Both the position numbers and the translations under genes were made by a program. A stretch of DNA of 64,000 nt from Dehalococcoidia bacterium (GTDB lineage: Bacteria; Chloroflexota; Dehalococcoidia; Bin125), in contig CAXXRD010000003.1 of NCBI GenBank assembly GCA_963663895.2, forward strand, positions 236,206-300,205. The letters run 5' to 3'. This document shows, piece after piece, positions 49,428-59,514 of the stretch (within the stretch, counting starts at the first letter, position 1; each line of letters starts with the position of its first letter). The notes under the pieces were generated by a model. That model was not told the origin of the DNA and did no database searches. It saw only the letters and a program-made list of their open reading frames with translations.

Positions 49428-50252
49428 TTGCCAAACGTCAACGTGACCTACCCCGCGGACGGCGTCGGCTTGATCGCGGTCGACAATCCGCCGATGAACT
49501 TCATCACCTATGCCCTGCTGGCGGAGATGGGCGCGGCGCTCGAAGCGATTGAAGAAGCGGGCGCGCGGGTGGTGGTGATCGCTTCGGACGTGCCGGGCTA
49601 CTTCATGGCGCACGCCTGGATTCCGGACATCATCGACGTGTTCGAAGGCGGCGAACCGTCAGGCGACCCGCGCAACTGGTTCCGTGTGCTCCAAGAGCTG
49701 CGCAGCGGACCGCTGGTTTCCATCGCTGCCAACAACGGACAAGCCTGGGGCGGCGGCGCCGAGATCTCCTGGGCCTGCAATCTGCGCATCGCCAACGAGT
49801 CGTCGACCTACGCACAGCCGGAGGTACTGGCAGGGATGATCCCGGGCGCCGGCGGTACCACACGGCTGGCCCGAATCGTCGGCGAAGCGCGCTGCCTAGA
49901 GATCGTCTTGGACGGCCAGCCGATTACGGCGCAGGAAGCGCATCGGATCGGCGCCGTGAACCAGGTTGTACCAGACGCACAGCTCCGCGAGACGGCGATC
50001 GCTTGGGGCGCGCGCCTAGCGAGCCGGCCCGCCCACGCGCTTGCGGGATGCAAGCGCAGTGTCCTTGAGGGGCTCGATCTCCCAATGGAGCAGGCAGTAC
50101 GAAACGAAGGAAAGATCCTGGTACCGATCGTCGCCCGGCCTGAGTCCCTGGAGATCCTCCGCAGCGTGCAGGCAAAGTACGACGCCGGGGCGGACTCCTA
50201 CGAAGCGCTCGGCCTCGAAACACGTCCTCCCGCCTCTCCTTCTGCCTCGTAG
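49428..50252 (+). CDS. Enoyl-CoA hydratase/isomerase (crotonase) family
   Basis: NPPMN, GQAWGGGAEI, QPEVLAGMIPGAGGT, AQEAHRIG; TTG start with AAGGAG. Confidence 0.88.
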   Translation: MPNVNVTYPADGVGLIAVDNPPMNFITYALLAEMGAALEAIEEAGARVVVIASDVPGYFMAHAWIPDIIDVFEGGEPSGDPRNWFRVLQELRSGPLVSIAANNGQAWGGGAEISWACNLRIANESSTYAQPEVLAGMIPGAGGTTRLARIVGEARCLEIVLDGQPITAQEAHRIGAVNQVVPDAQLRETAIAWGARLASRPAHALAGCKRSVLEGLDLPMEQAVRNEGKILVPIVARPESLEILRSVQAKYDAGADSYEALGLETRPPASPSAS

Positions 50253-50377
50253 CGAGGCAAAGGGAGCGGAAAGCGGTGCCTCTCCCTTAACCCTTGCGAA
50301 ATTTCCGTCCTTCTGTTAGCGCTGCTCGCAACAAGACTCGCACCCAATGGGGCGGCTTGCGAAAGGAGCGAGACACG

Positions 50378-51736
50378 ATGGATAAGCGTCGATTCGGACG
50401 AAGGAGGATGCTTCCGGTCACCATCCTCCTTGTCTTAGCGGCCCTGGCGCTCGCGCTGGCGGCCGCATGTGGGGGCGACGATGACGCCGAGCCCGCAGCG
50501 GCGGCGGCCGAGCCCGAGCCCGCAGCGGCGGCGGCCGAGCCTGAGCCCGCCCCGGCGCCGGAACCCGAGGTGATGCGAGCCGAGGTAGATGTCGGCATTC
50601 TGGGATCGCAAAGCGGCCCGTGGACGGTCCTCGGCGAAACCCTCCACTACGCACTGCAAATGGCGGCGGCCGAGATTAATGCCGGCCACCAATCCTGTGT
50701 CGACAGCGGGGCCTGTGAGCCCGGCGGCGGCGTGCTTGTTGGAGACACGCTCTACACCATCAACATCCACGCCCGCGACATCCGCTCCGAGAACGAAGCC
50801 GCGCTCGCGGCAGCCGAGGAACTGATCAGTGACGTCGGCGTGCGGTACATGTTCGGCCCGGTGCTGGACCCGTTCGCGATCCTCGTGCAAGAGCTCACGC
50901 AGCCGGAAGGGATCATCCACTTCGGCTCGCCCAGCATCTTCGGCACTATCCTCACTGAGGAATCCGTGGCGCCGGGCGGCGAAAAGCACTACCTCTTCAA
51001 GACGCTCGTCGAGGATGCGGTCTGGCAAGCGATCGTCGCCAAGGCGACGACCGACACCTTCCCGGACGCAACACGGCAGGCGATCCTGATCGGCGACGAC
51101 GCCAACGGCGAATCGATCGCGCGGGGCCTGCAGGATGCTTTTGAACTTCTCGGCCAAGAAGTAGAAGTGGTCTTCTATCCCCCCGGCGAAACCACGGACT
51201 ACGCGCCCTTCCTGACGCGCATCAAGGCGTTCGAGCCCGATGTCGTGCACTTCTACTACAACCCTCCGGAGGAGCAGGCGGCCTTGGAGCAGGCGCTGGA
51301 GCTGGATGTCGCGCCGGCCTACTCTGCCGTGAACATCGATCCGCTTGACTTCCAGGAATTCTTTGGGCCGCTCGAGCAGGACGTCCTGCTGGTGTGCGTT
51401 CCCGTCTGCGTAGCCGGCCTGACCAGCCCGAAGATCAAGGATTACTTCGAACGATACCGGCAACAGGCCGGGGGAGAACTCGGCCCGACCGCCTCGTTCA
51501 GCCTGATGATCTACGACTTCCTCCCGATGCTGGCGGCAGCCTGGAAGAGCGCCGGGACCGTCGATGACGCGGACGCCGTGGTCGCAGCGCTAGAGACGAT
51601 CGAATACGAATCGACGATCGGCCTGCTCAGTTTCGACGACCGCCATATCGTCGATGCGGGGCTCGATTCCTGCTTCGTCAGCGGGGGAGAGTTCGAGTGC
51701 ACTCTGATCACGGAGCGGCCTGGATTGGATCGCTAA
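50378..51736 (+). CDS. Liv-type substrate-binding lipoprotein, second system
   Basis: Lipobox LAAAC; VGILGSQSGPW, AAAEINAG, TDYAPFLTRI..PDVV; RBS AAGGAG. Confidence 0.88.
   Translation: MDKRRFGRRRMLPVTILLVLAALALALAAACGGDDDAEPAAAAAEPEPAAAAAEPEPAPAPEPEVMRAEVDVGILGSQSGPWTVLGETLHYALQMAAAEINAGHQSCVDSGACEPGGGVLVGDTLYTINIHARDIRSENEAALAAAEELISDVGVRYMFGPVLDPFAILVQELTQPEGIIHFGSPSIFGTILTEESVAPGGEKHYLFKTLVEDAVWQAIVAKATTDTFPDATRQAILIGDDANGESIARGLQDAFELLGQEVEVVFYPPGETTDYAPFLTRIKAFEPDVVHFYYNPPEEQAALEQALELDVAPAYSAVNIDPLDFQEFFGPLEQDVLLVCVPVCVAGLTSPKIKDYFERYRQQAGGELGPTASFSLMIYDFLPMLAAAWKSAGTVDDADAVVAALETIEYESTIGLLSFDDRHIVDAGLDSCFVSGGEFECTLITERPGLDR
50486..50569 (+). repeat. Coding tandem repeat (EPAAAAAEP x2, 27-bp unit) in lipoprotein linker
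   Basis: GAGCCCGCAGCGGCGGCGGCCGAGCC occurs twice in tandem. Confidence 0.8.
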
Positions 51737-51862
51737 AGAAACCGTAACGAACTAAAGCCACGGCAACGGCCGGAAGGGCCGCCTGGCGCGCCCGCGGAGT
51801 ATCCGCGCGCACGCCGGGCGGCCCGCGTATCCCACTGCAAGAGAGCGCAGGGTCAGCGAGCG

Positions 51863-52981
51863 TTGCGGCTTACAGACCTCGGAAAGCGCCTCACCCGGCA
51901 AGCGCAGGACTGGCGGGGCGCTCTGCAAAAAGACCTCGCCACGACCTCGTGGGAGCAGCGCATCCTCCTCGTCGCTGTTCCCACGCTTCTGATCCTGGCA
52001 CCCTGGATCCTCGGCTCCAACCGCCTCATCACGGTCGCCAACACCGCGGGGATCAACGCGATCGCCCTCTATGGCTTAGCGCTTCTCTATGGCCAATTGG
52101 GATACCTCTCACTCGCGCATGCGGCCCTGATCGGGGTGGGCGCCTACACCGGCGGCATCCTCATGGACCACATCATCTTCGAGGGAGGGGCGCCCGTCCC
52201 CGAGCCCTTCCCGAACACCGACTGGGCCACGTGGGCCGTGATCCCGTTAGCCGCGATCACGGCCGCGATCGCCGCGGGCCTGCTCGGATTCGCCTCCCGG
52301 CGTGTGAGCGGCTATCACTTCGTGATCCTCACGTTCGCATTCGGGGCGCTCCTGCCCATCGTCCTCAAGAATTGGTGGATCAGCGGCCGCAACGAAGGAA
52401 TCCTGCTTCGCGATCCACCCACGCCCCTGGGCTCATTGAGCTTCGACGGGCCACGGGATTTTTACTTCCTGGTCCTCGCCTTCGTGTTCCTAGCCATGAT
52501 CGTCTACTACCTCATCGTCCGATCGTCCTTTGGACGAACGCTACGCGGCATCCGCGAGAACGAAACCCTGGCAGGAGCGGTCGGAATCAACACGGCTTCG
52601 TACAAGATCGCCATCTTCGCGATCAGTGGTGCGTTCGCCGGCGTGGCGGGAGTGCTCTTCATCCACCACTTCAAATCGGTGAACCCCCCGCAGTTCGGCG
52701 GCATTGAGGGCGTCTTCTTCGCGTTGATGCTGCTCTTGGGTGGACCGCGGTGGCTGCTGGGCCCCCTCGTCGGAGCAGCCTTGATCCGATTCCTTCCCGA
52801 AATCACGGAGGGAATCGGCCTTGGGATCAACCCCCTCCAGCTTCAAGAGGTGTTCGGGGTACTCCTCATCGTGGTGATCCTCTTTCTGCCGGGTGGCCTG
52901 GTGCCGGGAGTCGCTCTCGCCTACACGCGCCTCAAGCGCGTCACGCTCAGCCGTGCAGGCCATCTCGTCATCCACCGCTAG
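51863..52981 (+). CDS. livM: ABC permease (LivM-like), second system
   Basis: GQLGYLSLAHAALIGVGAY, FGRTLRGIRENE, FAISGAFAGVAG, GPLVGA, PGGL. Confidence 0.9.
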   Translation: MRLTDLGKRLTRQAQDWRGALQKDLATTSWEQRILLVAVPTLLILAPWILGSNRLITVANTAGINAIALYGLALLYGQLGYLSLAHAALIGVGAYTGGILMDHIIFEGGAPVPEPFPNTDWATWAVIPLAAITAAIAAGLLGFASRRVSGYHFVILTFAFGALLPIVLKNWWISGRNEGILLRDPPTPLGSLSFDGPRDFYFLVLAFVFLAMIVYYLIVRSSFGRTLRGIRENETLAGAVGINTASYKIAIFAISGAFAGVAGVLFIHHFKSVNPPQFGGIEGVFFALMLLLGGPRWLLGPLVGAALIRFLPEITEGIGLGINPLQLQEVFGVLLIVVILFLPGGLVPGVALAYTRLKRVTLSRAGHLVIHR

Positions 52982-53024
52982 CGAGGATGTCACCGTCGCT
53001 TCGATGCGCCCGCGGGGCAGTGGA

Positions 53025-53675
53025 TCAGCAGCCCGCGCCGTCCAGCGCCGACGGATCGCGCCACATGAGCCACTGCAGCGGACCGTCCGTCGGCATCTGC
53101 AACGTCTCGGTGACGCGAAAGCCGTTGCGTTCGTAGAGGGGAATGTTGCGGCTGGTCGTACAAACCAGATAGCCCGGGACATCCTCCCGGTCGCAGTGCT
53201 CCAAGACCGGCCGCATGAGCGCCGTGCCGATGCCACGGCCCTGCTGACCGGGTAGGACGCCGATTGCGAGCAAGTAGTAGTGGGGGGTGTGCGGGTGATG
53301 GGCATCGAGCATGCGGAGACTCCGCCAAACAGCGGGAAAGTGGCGCCAGCCCGCCACGCGCGCGAACAGCTGCAACGCATCCAGCGTGCCGCGCAGGCCG
53401 GGCGCGGGCACGTTCGGCGGCTCCCAGAGCGCTACGCCCGTCCCGTCCTCCGTCACGTACACGGAGCCCAGCGGCACGTTCCGCTGGAGTGCGTGCGCGA
53501 ACATCTCTTCGATAACGGCGCCGCGCTTGCCGTCCTTCCTCGCCCACCAGTCGACCAGCGGATCGCGGTCAAACGCCCGGGCCAGAATCGTGGCGAGCTT
53601 CGAAATCTCGCTCGTGGTCGCGACACGCACCTGCGGCACGCTCGAAGGTTCACGGTCAGGCTCCATGCCGGCCAT
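53025..53675 (-). CDS. GNAT-family N-acetyltransferase
   Basis: LARAF..DP, HYYLLAIGVLPGQQGRGIG, NIPLYERNGF, MWRDP. Confidence 0.9.
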   Translation of the reverse strand: MAGMEPDREPSSVPQVRVATTSEISKLATILARAFDRDPLVDWWARKDGKRGAVIEEMFAHALQRNVPLGSVYVTEDGTGVALWEPPNVPAPGLRGTLDALQLFARVAGWRHFPAVWRSLRMLDAHHPHTPHYYLLAIGVLPGQQGRGIGTALMRPVLEHCDREDVPGYLVCTTSRNIPLYERNGFRVTETLQMPTDGPLQWLMWRDPSALDGAGC

Positions 53676-53681
53676 CGGCGA

Positions 53682-54089
53682 TCAGCGCAGGTCGTAGCGG
53701 GTGACGATCTCGACCTCGTTGCCGTCGGGGTCGTCGATATAGAAGGCCTGCACGGGCAGGAAGGGATGCTCTCCCTCCCGCACCTCCAAGCCGAGGTCAC
53801 GGATGCGCTCCTTCTCCGCCGCAAAATCCTCCGGCGCGACTTCGAGACCGATGTGGTGCAGGTCGCGCTGCTGCTTCGTGCCCTCGGCGGCAGTCACGCC
53901 TTCGGGCCGCGGGACAAGGACGATCTGGTGGGGAACACCCGTCCCGTGACTGCCGATCCGCAGGAACTTGCCGGGCAGCTCGGGAGGCGAGAAAACCTGT
54001 AGCCCAAGCACGCCGCGATAGAAGGCCAGCGATTTGTTCATATCGCCGACGAAGAGCACCACTTCCGCCAACCCGACGATTCCAGACAT
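53682..54089 (-). CDS. VOC/glyoxalase family protein
   Basis: SLAFYRGVLGL, LHHIGL, FYIDDPDGNEVEI. Confidence 0.9.
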   Translation of the reverse strand: MSGIVGLAEVVLFVGDMNKSLAFYRGVLGLQVFSPPELPGKFLRIGSHGTGVPHQIVLVPRPEGVTAAEGTKQQRDLHHIGLEVAPEDFAAEKERIRDLGLEVREGEHPFLPVQAFYIDDPDGNEVEIVTRYDLR

Positions 54090-54140
54090 CGTGTCCCTCC
54101 GTCCCAAGCCGCAGTCCGCAGTCTAATCGCCCGGTTGCGC

Positions 54141-55022
54141 TCAGCCGGCGAGGAAGGCGCGCACCTCGCGAACGAACAGATCCAACTGATCGTGATGGAC
54201 CCAGTGCCCGGCGTCATCAACGTAAAGCACCTGTACGTCCTGGAAGACGCGGGCGCGTTCGACGACCTTGCCGCCGTCGCCGCGGCTTTCGCGCCCCTCA
54301 ATCAAGAGAGTGGGGCAGGTGATTCGGTGCCACAGCTCGCGCGCCTCCGGTTCCCTGAAGAGTCGCGGAGAGAAGGCGTGCTCGTAATTATCGAATTTCC
54401 AAGTGTAGGTGCCGTCCTCGTTCTGATTGACGCCGTGGATGGTGAGGTGGCGTGCCTGCGCTGGCGTGAGGCGTTTGTTGGCTTCCTGCATTCGCTGCAC
54501 GGCCGCCTCAATGGTCGGGTAGCGGCGGGGGATGCGGCCCGCCATGCCGCGCAGCATCTCGATCCACTCATGCATGCGAGCGGCGATGGGCTGTGTGGAG
54601 TGCTTCCCAAGCCACTCCATCGGGAGCATCAAGCCCTCAACGGCGACGAGCCTCTGTACGGTCTCCGGATAGATTCCCGCATATTGGAGGGCGACCGCGC
54701 CGCCGAGAGAGTGCGCGATGATCCGAACCGGCGCCAGCTGTTTCTGGTGGATCAACTGGGCAAGATCGTAGACATAGTCCTCGAGCGTGTAGCCGGCGCC
54801 CAACACCCACTGCGAGTCGCCGTGCCCACGCAGATCGGGCGCGATCACGTGGTAGTCATCGCGCAGCTCTTGGGCCGTCCAATCCCAGCTGCGGCAGTGA
54901 TCGCGGCCACCATGCAGCATGATCAGCGCAGGGGCGGACTCGTTCCCCCAATCGACGTAGTGCAGCCGCAGACGTTGCGAGAAGTACACGTGCGACGTTG
55001 GCCCCGGGACCGCAGCCGGCAT
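54141..55022 (-). CDS. Alpha/beta hydrolase
   Basis: LHGG, PDLRGHGDS, nucleophile elbow AHSLGG, AGHWVH. Confidence 0.9.
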   Translation of the reverse strand: MPAAVPGPTSHVYFSQRLRLHYVDWGNESAPALIMLHGGRDHCRSWDWTAQELRDDYHVIAPDLRGHGDSQWVLGAGYTLEDYVYDLAQLIHQKQLAPVRIIAHSLGGAVALQYAGIYPETVQRLVAVEGLMLPMEWLGKHSTQPIAARMHEWIEMLRGMAGRIPRRYPTIEAAVQRMQEANKRLTPAQARHLTIHGVNQNEDGTYTWKFDNYEHAFSPRLFREPEARELWHRITCPTLLIEGRESRGDGGKVVERARVFQDVQVLYVDDAGHWVHHDQLDLFVREVRAFLAG

Positions 55023-55049
55023 AGCGCTAGTGCCCCGGTCCGGCGGCGC

Positions 55050-56510
55050 TCAAAACCATCGTGAAACGGTCACCTTGGTACTCGTATAGAAGGAGATGGC
55101 GTCCATGCCCGTAGCGTGCAGATCGCCGTAGAAGGACTCCTTGTGCCCGCCGAACGGGAAAAAGGCCATGGGAGCCGCCACGCCGATATTGATGCCCAAC
55201 ATGCCCGCGTCCGCCCGCCGGCGGAACTCGCGCGCGTTCTTACCGCTGCTCGTGAAGATACTGGCCATGTTGCCGTAGGTGCTGCGGTTCAACACCCGGA
55301 TCGCCTCATCGATATCGTCCGCGCGGACCACTGCGAGGACCGGCCCGAACAGCTCATCGCGCCAGAGCCTCATGTCCGGAGTGACATCGTCAAACACTGT
55401 CGGTCCTAGGAAGAAGCCTTCGGCTGGCCCAGCGCCGCGGCCGTCCGAGACGAGCTTGGCCCCCTGCCCGTTGGCCTCCGCGATATAGCCAAGCAGATCT
55501 TGACGCCTTTCGTCGCGGATCACCGGTCCCATCTCGCTTTGGGAATCCGATCCGCGTCCGACGCGCAGCGCCTCGGCTCGGTCGACGATCTGCCGCACCA
55601 TCTCATCGCCCACCGCGCCCACTCCCACCGCCACGCTCCCCGCTAAGCAGCGTTGCCCGGCGGCGCCGAAGGCGGAGGAGACCAGGGCCGGAATCGACTG
55701 CTCCATATCGGCATCGTCCATCACGACGATATGGTTCTTGGCGCCGCCAAGCGCCTGCACCCGCTTCCCGTGGAAAGCCGACTCCCGGTAGATGTAGCGC
55801 GCGACTCCAGCCGATCCGACGAACGAAACCGCAGCGACATCCGAGTGGGAGATCAAGGCGTTCACCGCATCGTTCGCGCCGTGAACGATATTGAACACGC
55901 CCGGCGGCAGCCCTGCTTCCTCGAGCAGCTCCCCGATGCGCACGGCGGAGAGCGGCGTGCGCTGTGAGGGCTTAAGGATGAACGTGTTCCCACACACGAG
56001 TGCGATGGGGATCATCCAAAGCGGCACCATGTTCGGAAAGTTGAAGGGCGTGATCCCCACCACCACTCCAACAGGAAAGCGCCCGATCTCCGAATCGATC
56101 CCGGCGGCGATCTGGTCCAGGTTGGTACCCATCAAGAGCGTGGGGGCGCCGCAGGCGAAGTCGACAACTTCGATGCCGCGGCGCACCTCGCCCACGGCTT
56201 CCACAAGCGTCTTGCCGTTCTCCTGTGTGACAAGCGCCGCCAACTCGTCCTCATGCTCCTCCAGCAGCCGCTTAAAGCGGAACATCACCTGCGCCCGCTG
56301 GGGCACCGGCGTCTCGCTCCAGGAAACAAGGGCCTCCTTGGCCGCCGCCACCGCCGCTTCAATCTCCTCCGCCGAAGAGTAGGGAAGTCGTGCAATCGTT
56401 TCGCCGCTGCCGGGATCGGGAATCTCATCGATCGTGGACGTGGAAGCCGACCTCCAGCGCCCACCGATCAACGCGGGCACCAGTTCGGTCGAAGCGGTCG
56501 CGTGAGCCAT
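55050..56510 (-). CDS. mmsA: CoA-acylating (methyl)malonate-semialdehyde dehydrogenase
   Basis: ITPFNFP, SFVGS, GKRVQALGGAKNH, AFGAAGQRCLA, GINIGVAAP.AFFPFGG.K.SFYGDL. Confidence 0.93.
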   Translation of the reverse strand: MAHATASTELVPALIGGRWRSASTSTIDEIPDPGSGETIARLPYSSAEEIEAAVAAAKEALVSWSETPVPQRAQVMFRFKRLLEEHEDELAALVTQENGKTLVEAVGEVRRGIEVVDFACGAPTLLMGTNLDQIAAGIDSEIGRFPVGVVVGITPFNFPNMVPLWMIPIALVCGNTFILKPSQRTPLSAVRIGELLEEAGLPPGVFNIVHGANDAVNALISHSDVAAVSFVGSAGVARYIYRESAFHGKRVQALGGAKNHIVVMDDADMEQSIPALVSSAFGAAGQRCLAGSVAVGVGAVGDEMVRQIVDRAEALRVGRGSDSQSEMGPVIRDERRQDLLGYIAEANGQGAKLVSDGRGAGPAEGFFLGPTVFDDVTPDMRLWRDELFGPVLAVVRADDIDEAIRVLNRSTYGNMASIFTSSGKNAREFRRRADAGMLGINIGVAAPMAFFPFGGHKESFYGDLHATGMDAISFYTSTKVTVSRWF

Positions 56511-56795
56511 GACGCACCCCTCGCGGCGCGCGATCACGGGGTCGGTACGGTCCCTCGGAGCCGCTGGACCCTGTAGAGCGCCCGAAGCCTTAGGATAGAC
56601 TAGCCACCCGGCTATCGGCCCGCGATGGCTGCTCGCCTAGGAAGGCGATGCAATGAAAGCGCGCTCCCAGGCCCCCCACATACGCTTCCACGCCAAATTG
56701 GACCACTTTCCCGAAGCGACGGCTCCTGGGAGTGGGCCCGTGCGGTCGCTCGCGACGACCGGCCGCGCGTCTCCGGTCATCCCCTCGAGGTCCAC

Positions 56796-57011
56796 GTGAC
56801 CGCCGACACCCTATCGGCCAACGCCAAGGTCCTGGCAGCGCTACGCGAGGTCGCGCGGGCGGCAGCGATCGAAGTCGACGACGAGGCCTTAGAGGCAGTC
56901 GCGCCGACCGTCGTGGCGCTGCTGGCGCGTCCGCTCAACGCCGCCTCACAGGAACTGGCCGAAACCGAGCCCGCGTTCGGCTTGCAGATCCGTCCCGCGC
57001 GTGACACCTGA
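56796..57011 (+). CDS. Small AtzG/GatC-like amidase partner subunit (71 aa)
   Basis: GAGG RBS before GTG 56796; helical LREVARAAAIEVDDEALE...ETEPAF; overlaps the amidase start. Confidence 0.55.
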   Translation: MTADTLSANAKVLAALREVARAAAIEVDDEALEAVAPTVVALLARPLNAASQELAETEPAFGLQIRPARDT

Positions 57012-58377
57012 GCCGCGCCCGCTCACGATCCGCGAGGCCGGCGCGGCGCTACGGGAGGGAACGCTCTCGGCCATCACGCTGACGGAGTCGGTGCTCGCTC
57101 GGATCGAGGCGACGGAGCCTGCGATCAACGCCTATATCACCATCACGGCGGAGCGCGCGCGCGCGGCGGCGGCTCGCGCCGACGCCGAGCTGCAGGCCGG
57201 CCGCGACCGGGGACCGTTGCACGGTATCCCCTTCGCGCTCAAGGATCTCTACGACACTGCCGGTATCCGTACCACGGCGGGCTCGAGCTTCCTGCGCGAA
57301 CGCGTCCCCGCAGAGAACGCCTTTGTGGTAACGAAGCTGAACGATGCCGGAATCGTGCTAACCGGCAAGCTCAACTTGCACGAGTTCGCCTTTGGGACCA
57401 GCAGTCTCAACCCGCACTACGGCGATGTGCGCAATCCCTGGGATCCCGAACGGATCGCGGGGGGCAGCAGTGGCGGCTGCGGCGCCGCGATCGCCGTAGG
57501 CTCATGCCTGGGGACGCTGGGTACGGACACCGGCGGCTCGATCCGAATCCCTGCATCGTTATGTGGAATTGTCGGCTTGATGCCGACCTACGGGCGAGTC
57601 AGCCGGCGCGGAGTCCTGCCGCTCTCCTGGACGCTCGACCATGTGGGTCCGCTGGCGAGAACGGTCGAGGACGCGGCGCTGATCCTGAACGCCATCGCCG
57701 GCCACGATCCCGAGGACCCCGGCAGCGCCGATTTGCCGACCGACGACTACACGAGCGAGCTTGACCGAGGTCTCGCCGGCGTGCGCGTGGGAGTGCCGCG
57801 CGATCCGTTTTGGCTGGAGTGCCGCAATGATGTCGCGGCAGCCTGCGAAGGAGCACTGGAAACGCTCCAAGAGCTTGGCGCCACGCTGGTGACGGTCGCT
57901 CTGCCCCTTGATGCGGCGGCAGGCCGACTGAGCATCATCTGGACGGAGGCCGCCGCCTACCACCACGAGCGGTTACGTGAAGCCCCGGAGCGGTTCGGCG
58001 AAGACGTGCGCACGGCGCTTGAGGGAGGGCGGGCGATTCCTGCCGTCAACTACATCAACGACCAGCGTCTGCGCCGCAAGATCATTGAAGAAGCGAGCGC
58101 GGTCCTCCGGGAGGTCGATGTGCTCGTCTCGCCGACCACGCCGGCGACGGCGTCGCCGCTGCGCGTGGGCGACCCGCAGCGGCTCATGGCACGCTACACC
58201 TTCCGTTATGACGTGACCGGCATCCCGGCGCTGAGCCTGCCCTGCGGCTTCGACGCGAACGGTCTCCCGATCGGCCTGATGATCGGCGCGCGCCACTTCG
58301 ATGAGGTGACGTTGTGCCGGGTCGCGCACGCCTACGAGCGGGCGACGGATTGGCACACGCGGCAGCCAGCGTTCTAG
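57001..58377 (+). CDS. Amidase-signature family enzyme (GatA/AtzE-like)
   Basis: GPLHGIPFALKD, GKLNLHEFAFG, NPWD, GGSSGG, GTDTGGSIRIPASLCG (Ser-cisSer-Lys triad). Confidence 0.93.
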   Translation: MTPEPRPLTIREAGAALREGTLSAITLTESVLARIEATEPAINAYITITAERARAAAARADAELQAGRDRGPLHGIPFALKDLYDTAGIRTTAGSSFLRERVPAENAFVVTKLNDAGIVLTGKLNLHEFAFGTSSLNPHYGDVRNPWDPERIAGGSSGGCGAAIAVGSCLGTLGTDTGGSIRIPASLCGIVGLMPTYGRVSRRGVLPLSWTLDHVGPLARTVEDAALILNAIAGHDPEDPGSADLPTDDYTSELDRGLAGVRVGVPRDPFWLECRNDVAAACEGALETLQELGATLVTVALPLDAAAGRLSIIWTEAAAYHHERLREAPERFGEDVRTALEGGRAIPAVNYINDQRLRRKIIEEASAVLREVDVLVSPTTPATASPLRVGDPQRLMARYTFRYDVTGIPALSLPCGFDANGLPIGLMIGARHFDEVTLCRVAHAYERATDWHTRQPAF

Positions 58378-58476
58378 ACGGGCGCTGCAAGTGAGGCACT
58401 GCCCTCGATACGCGCCCGGGCGCGCCCTCCCGGAAACCGGCGCACGGTACTCCCGAGAAGCTCGCGCCGGTAGGAG

Positions 58477-59514
58477 CTAGGCCGGCACGGGCATCCATTC
58501 GCCGCCCGGCTTGAAGCCCTTCGCGGTCGGAATGATCTCCTCACCGCACTGCTCCAAGCGCTCGAACAGCTCCCCAACGGACTGCGTATCGCGACAATCT
58601 TGGTGGATCACCATCAAGGAGTAGCCCGCTTCCGCGAACTGCTGCAGATCCTCAAGGATCATCTCCGGCGTCCCCTCGCAGATCGGACGTGGATCGCGTT
58701 TAAGGCTGGGATCATCAGCGCTGGTGATACGTACTCCGACAAGCCCGATCATCATGAACTCGGACAGATCCTTCCCAACACGCTCAGCCTCGCGCCGGAT
58801 CTCATCCTGGAAATGGTCAAGGTCATGCGGGCGGGCGGCCGGGTGCATGAAGATCGGATAGAAGCCGTCACAGAGGCGAGCAGCCCGGCGGGCGCCCGCC
58901 CTGGACATGCCGCCGAAGACGATGGGCGGGCGCGGCTTCTGAACCGGCTTGGGGTCCATCGTGATGTTGCTGAACCGGTAGAACTCCCCCTCGAACTGGG
59001 GCGTTTCATCCTCCCAAGAGGTCTTGTAGACCTGGATACATTCATCCGTCATCTCGCCCCGCTTGTCATGGTCGAGCAAGAGGGCATCGAACTCTTCCTT
59101 CGCCCAGCCCGCGCCGACGCCCGCGATCACGCGGCCGTTAGAGAGCCAGTCGACGGTGGCGAACTGGCGGGCGTCGTGCAGGGGGGGACGGTACGGAGAG
59201 ATCAACACGGATGTCGCGAGCTTGATGCGCTCCGTGACGGCCGCGACGGCGGCCATAGTCGTCAGCGCGTCCATGAGCTGCGGGCGCTCGACATAGTGGC
59301 GCTTGCCGGAATCCGGATTGGCGATGTGCACCGGCGTAGTTTGCAGTGGCAACGTCACGTGATCGGGAAACCAGAGCGAGTGGTAGCCCAACCGCTCGGC
59401 GGACCGGGCAAACTCAAGCGGCCGCATCTCGGATGCCTCAATGTTCTCCAGCCAAAACTCCGTCTCACTACGCACGATGAGCCCGTGCGAGTTCATGTAG
59501 CTGCCGATCTCCAT
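58477..59514 (-). CDS. LLM-class oxidoreductase, probably F420-dependent (Rv2161c-like)
   Basis: AERLGYHSLWFPDHV, VTERIKLATSVL, SNGRVIAGVGAGW..EEF, PKPVQKPRPPIVFGG. Confidence 0.85.
   Translation of the reverse strand: MEIGSYMNSHGLIVRSETEFWLENIEASEMRPLEFARSAERLGYHSLWFPDHVTLPLQTTPVHIANPDSGKRHYVERPQLMDALTTMAAVAAVTERIKLATSVLISPYRPPLHDARQFATVDWLSNGRVIAGVGAGWAKEEFDALLLDHDKRGEMTDECIQVYKTSWEDETPQFEGEFYRFSNITMDPKPVQKPRPPIVFGGMSRAGARRAARLCDGFYPIFMHPAARPHDLDHFQDEIRREAERVGKDLSEFMMIGLVGVRITSADDPSLKRDPRPICEGTPEMILEDLQQFAEAGYSLMVIHQDCRDTQSVGELFERLEQCGEEIIPTAKGFKPGGEWMPVPA

Noticed and set aside
57001-58377. Housekeeping gatA of GatCAB
   Set aside because: No gatB adjacent, the GatA-specific SNLARYDG-type motif is absent, and the context is catabolic
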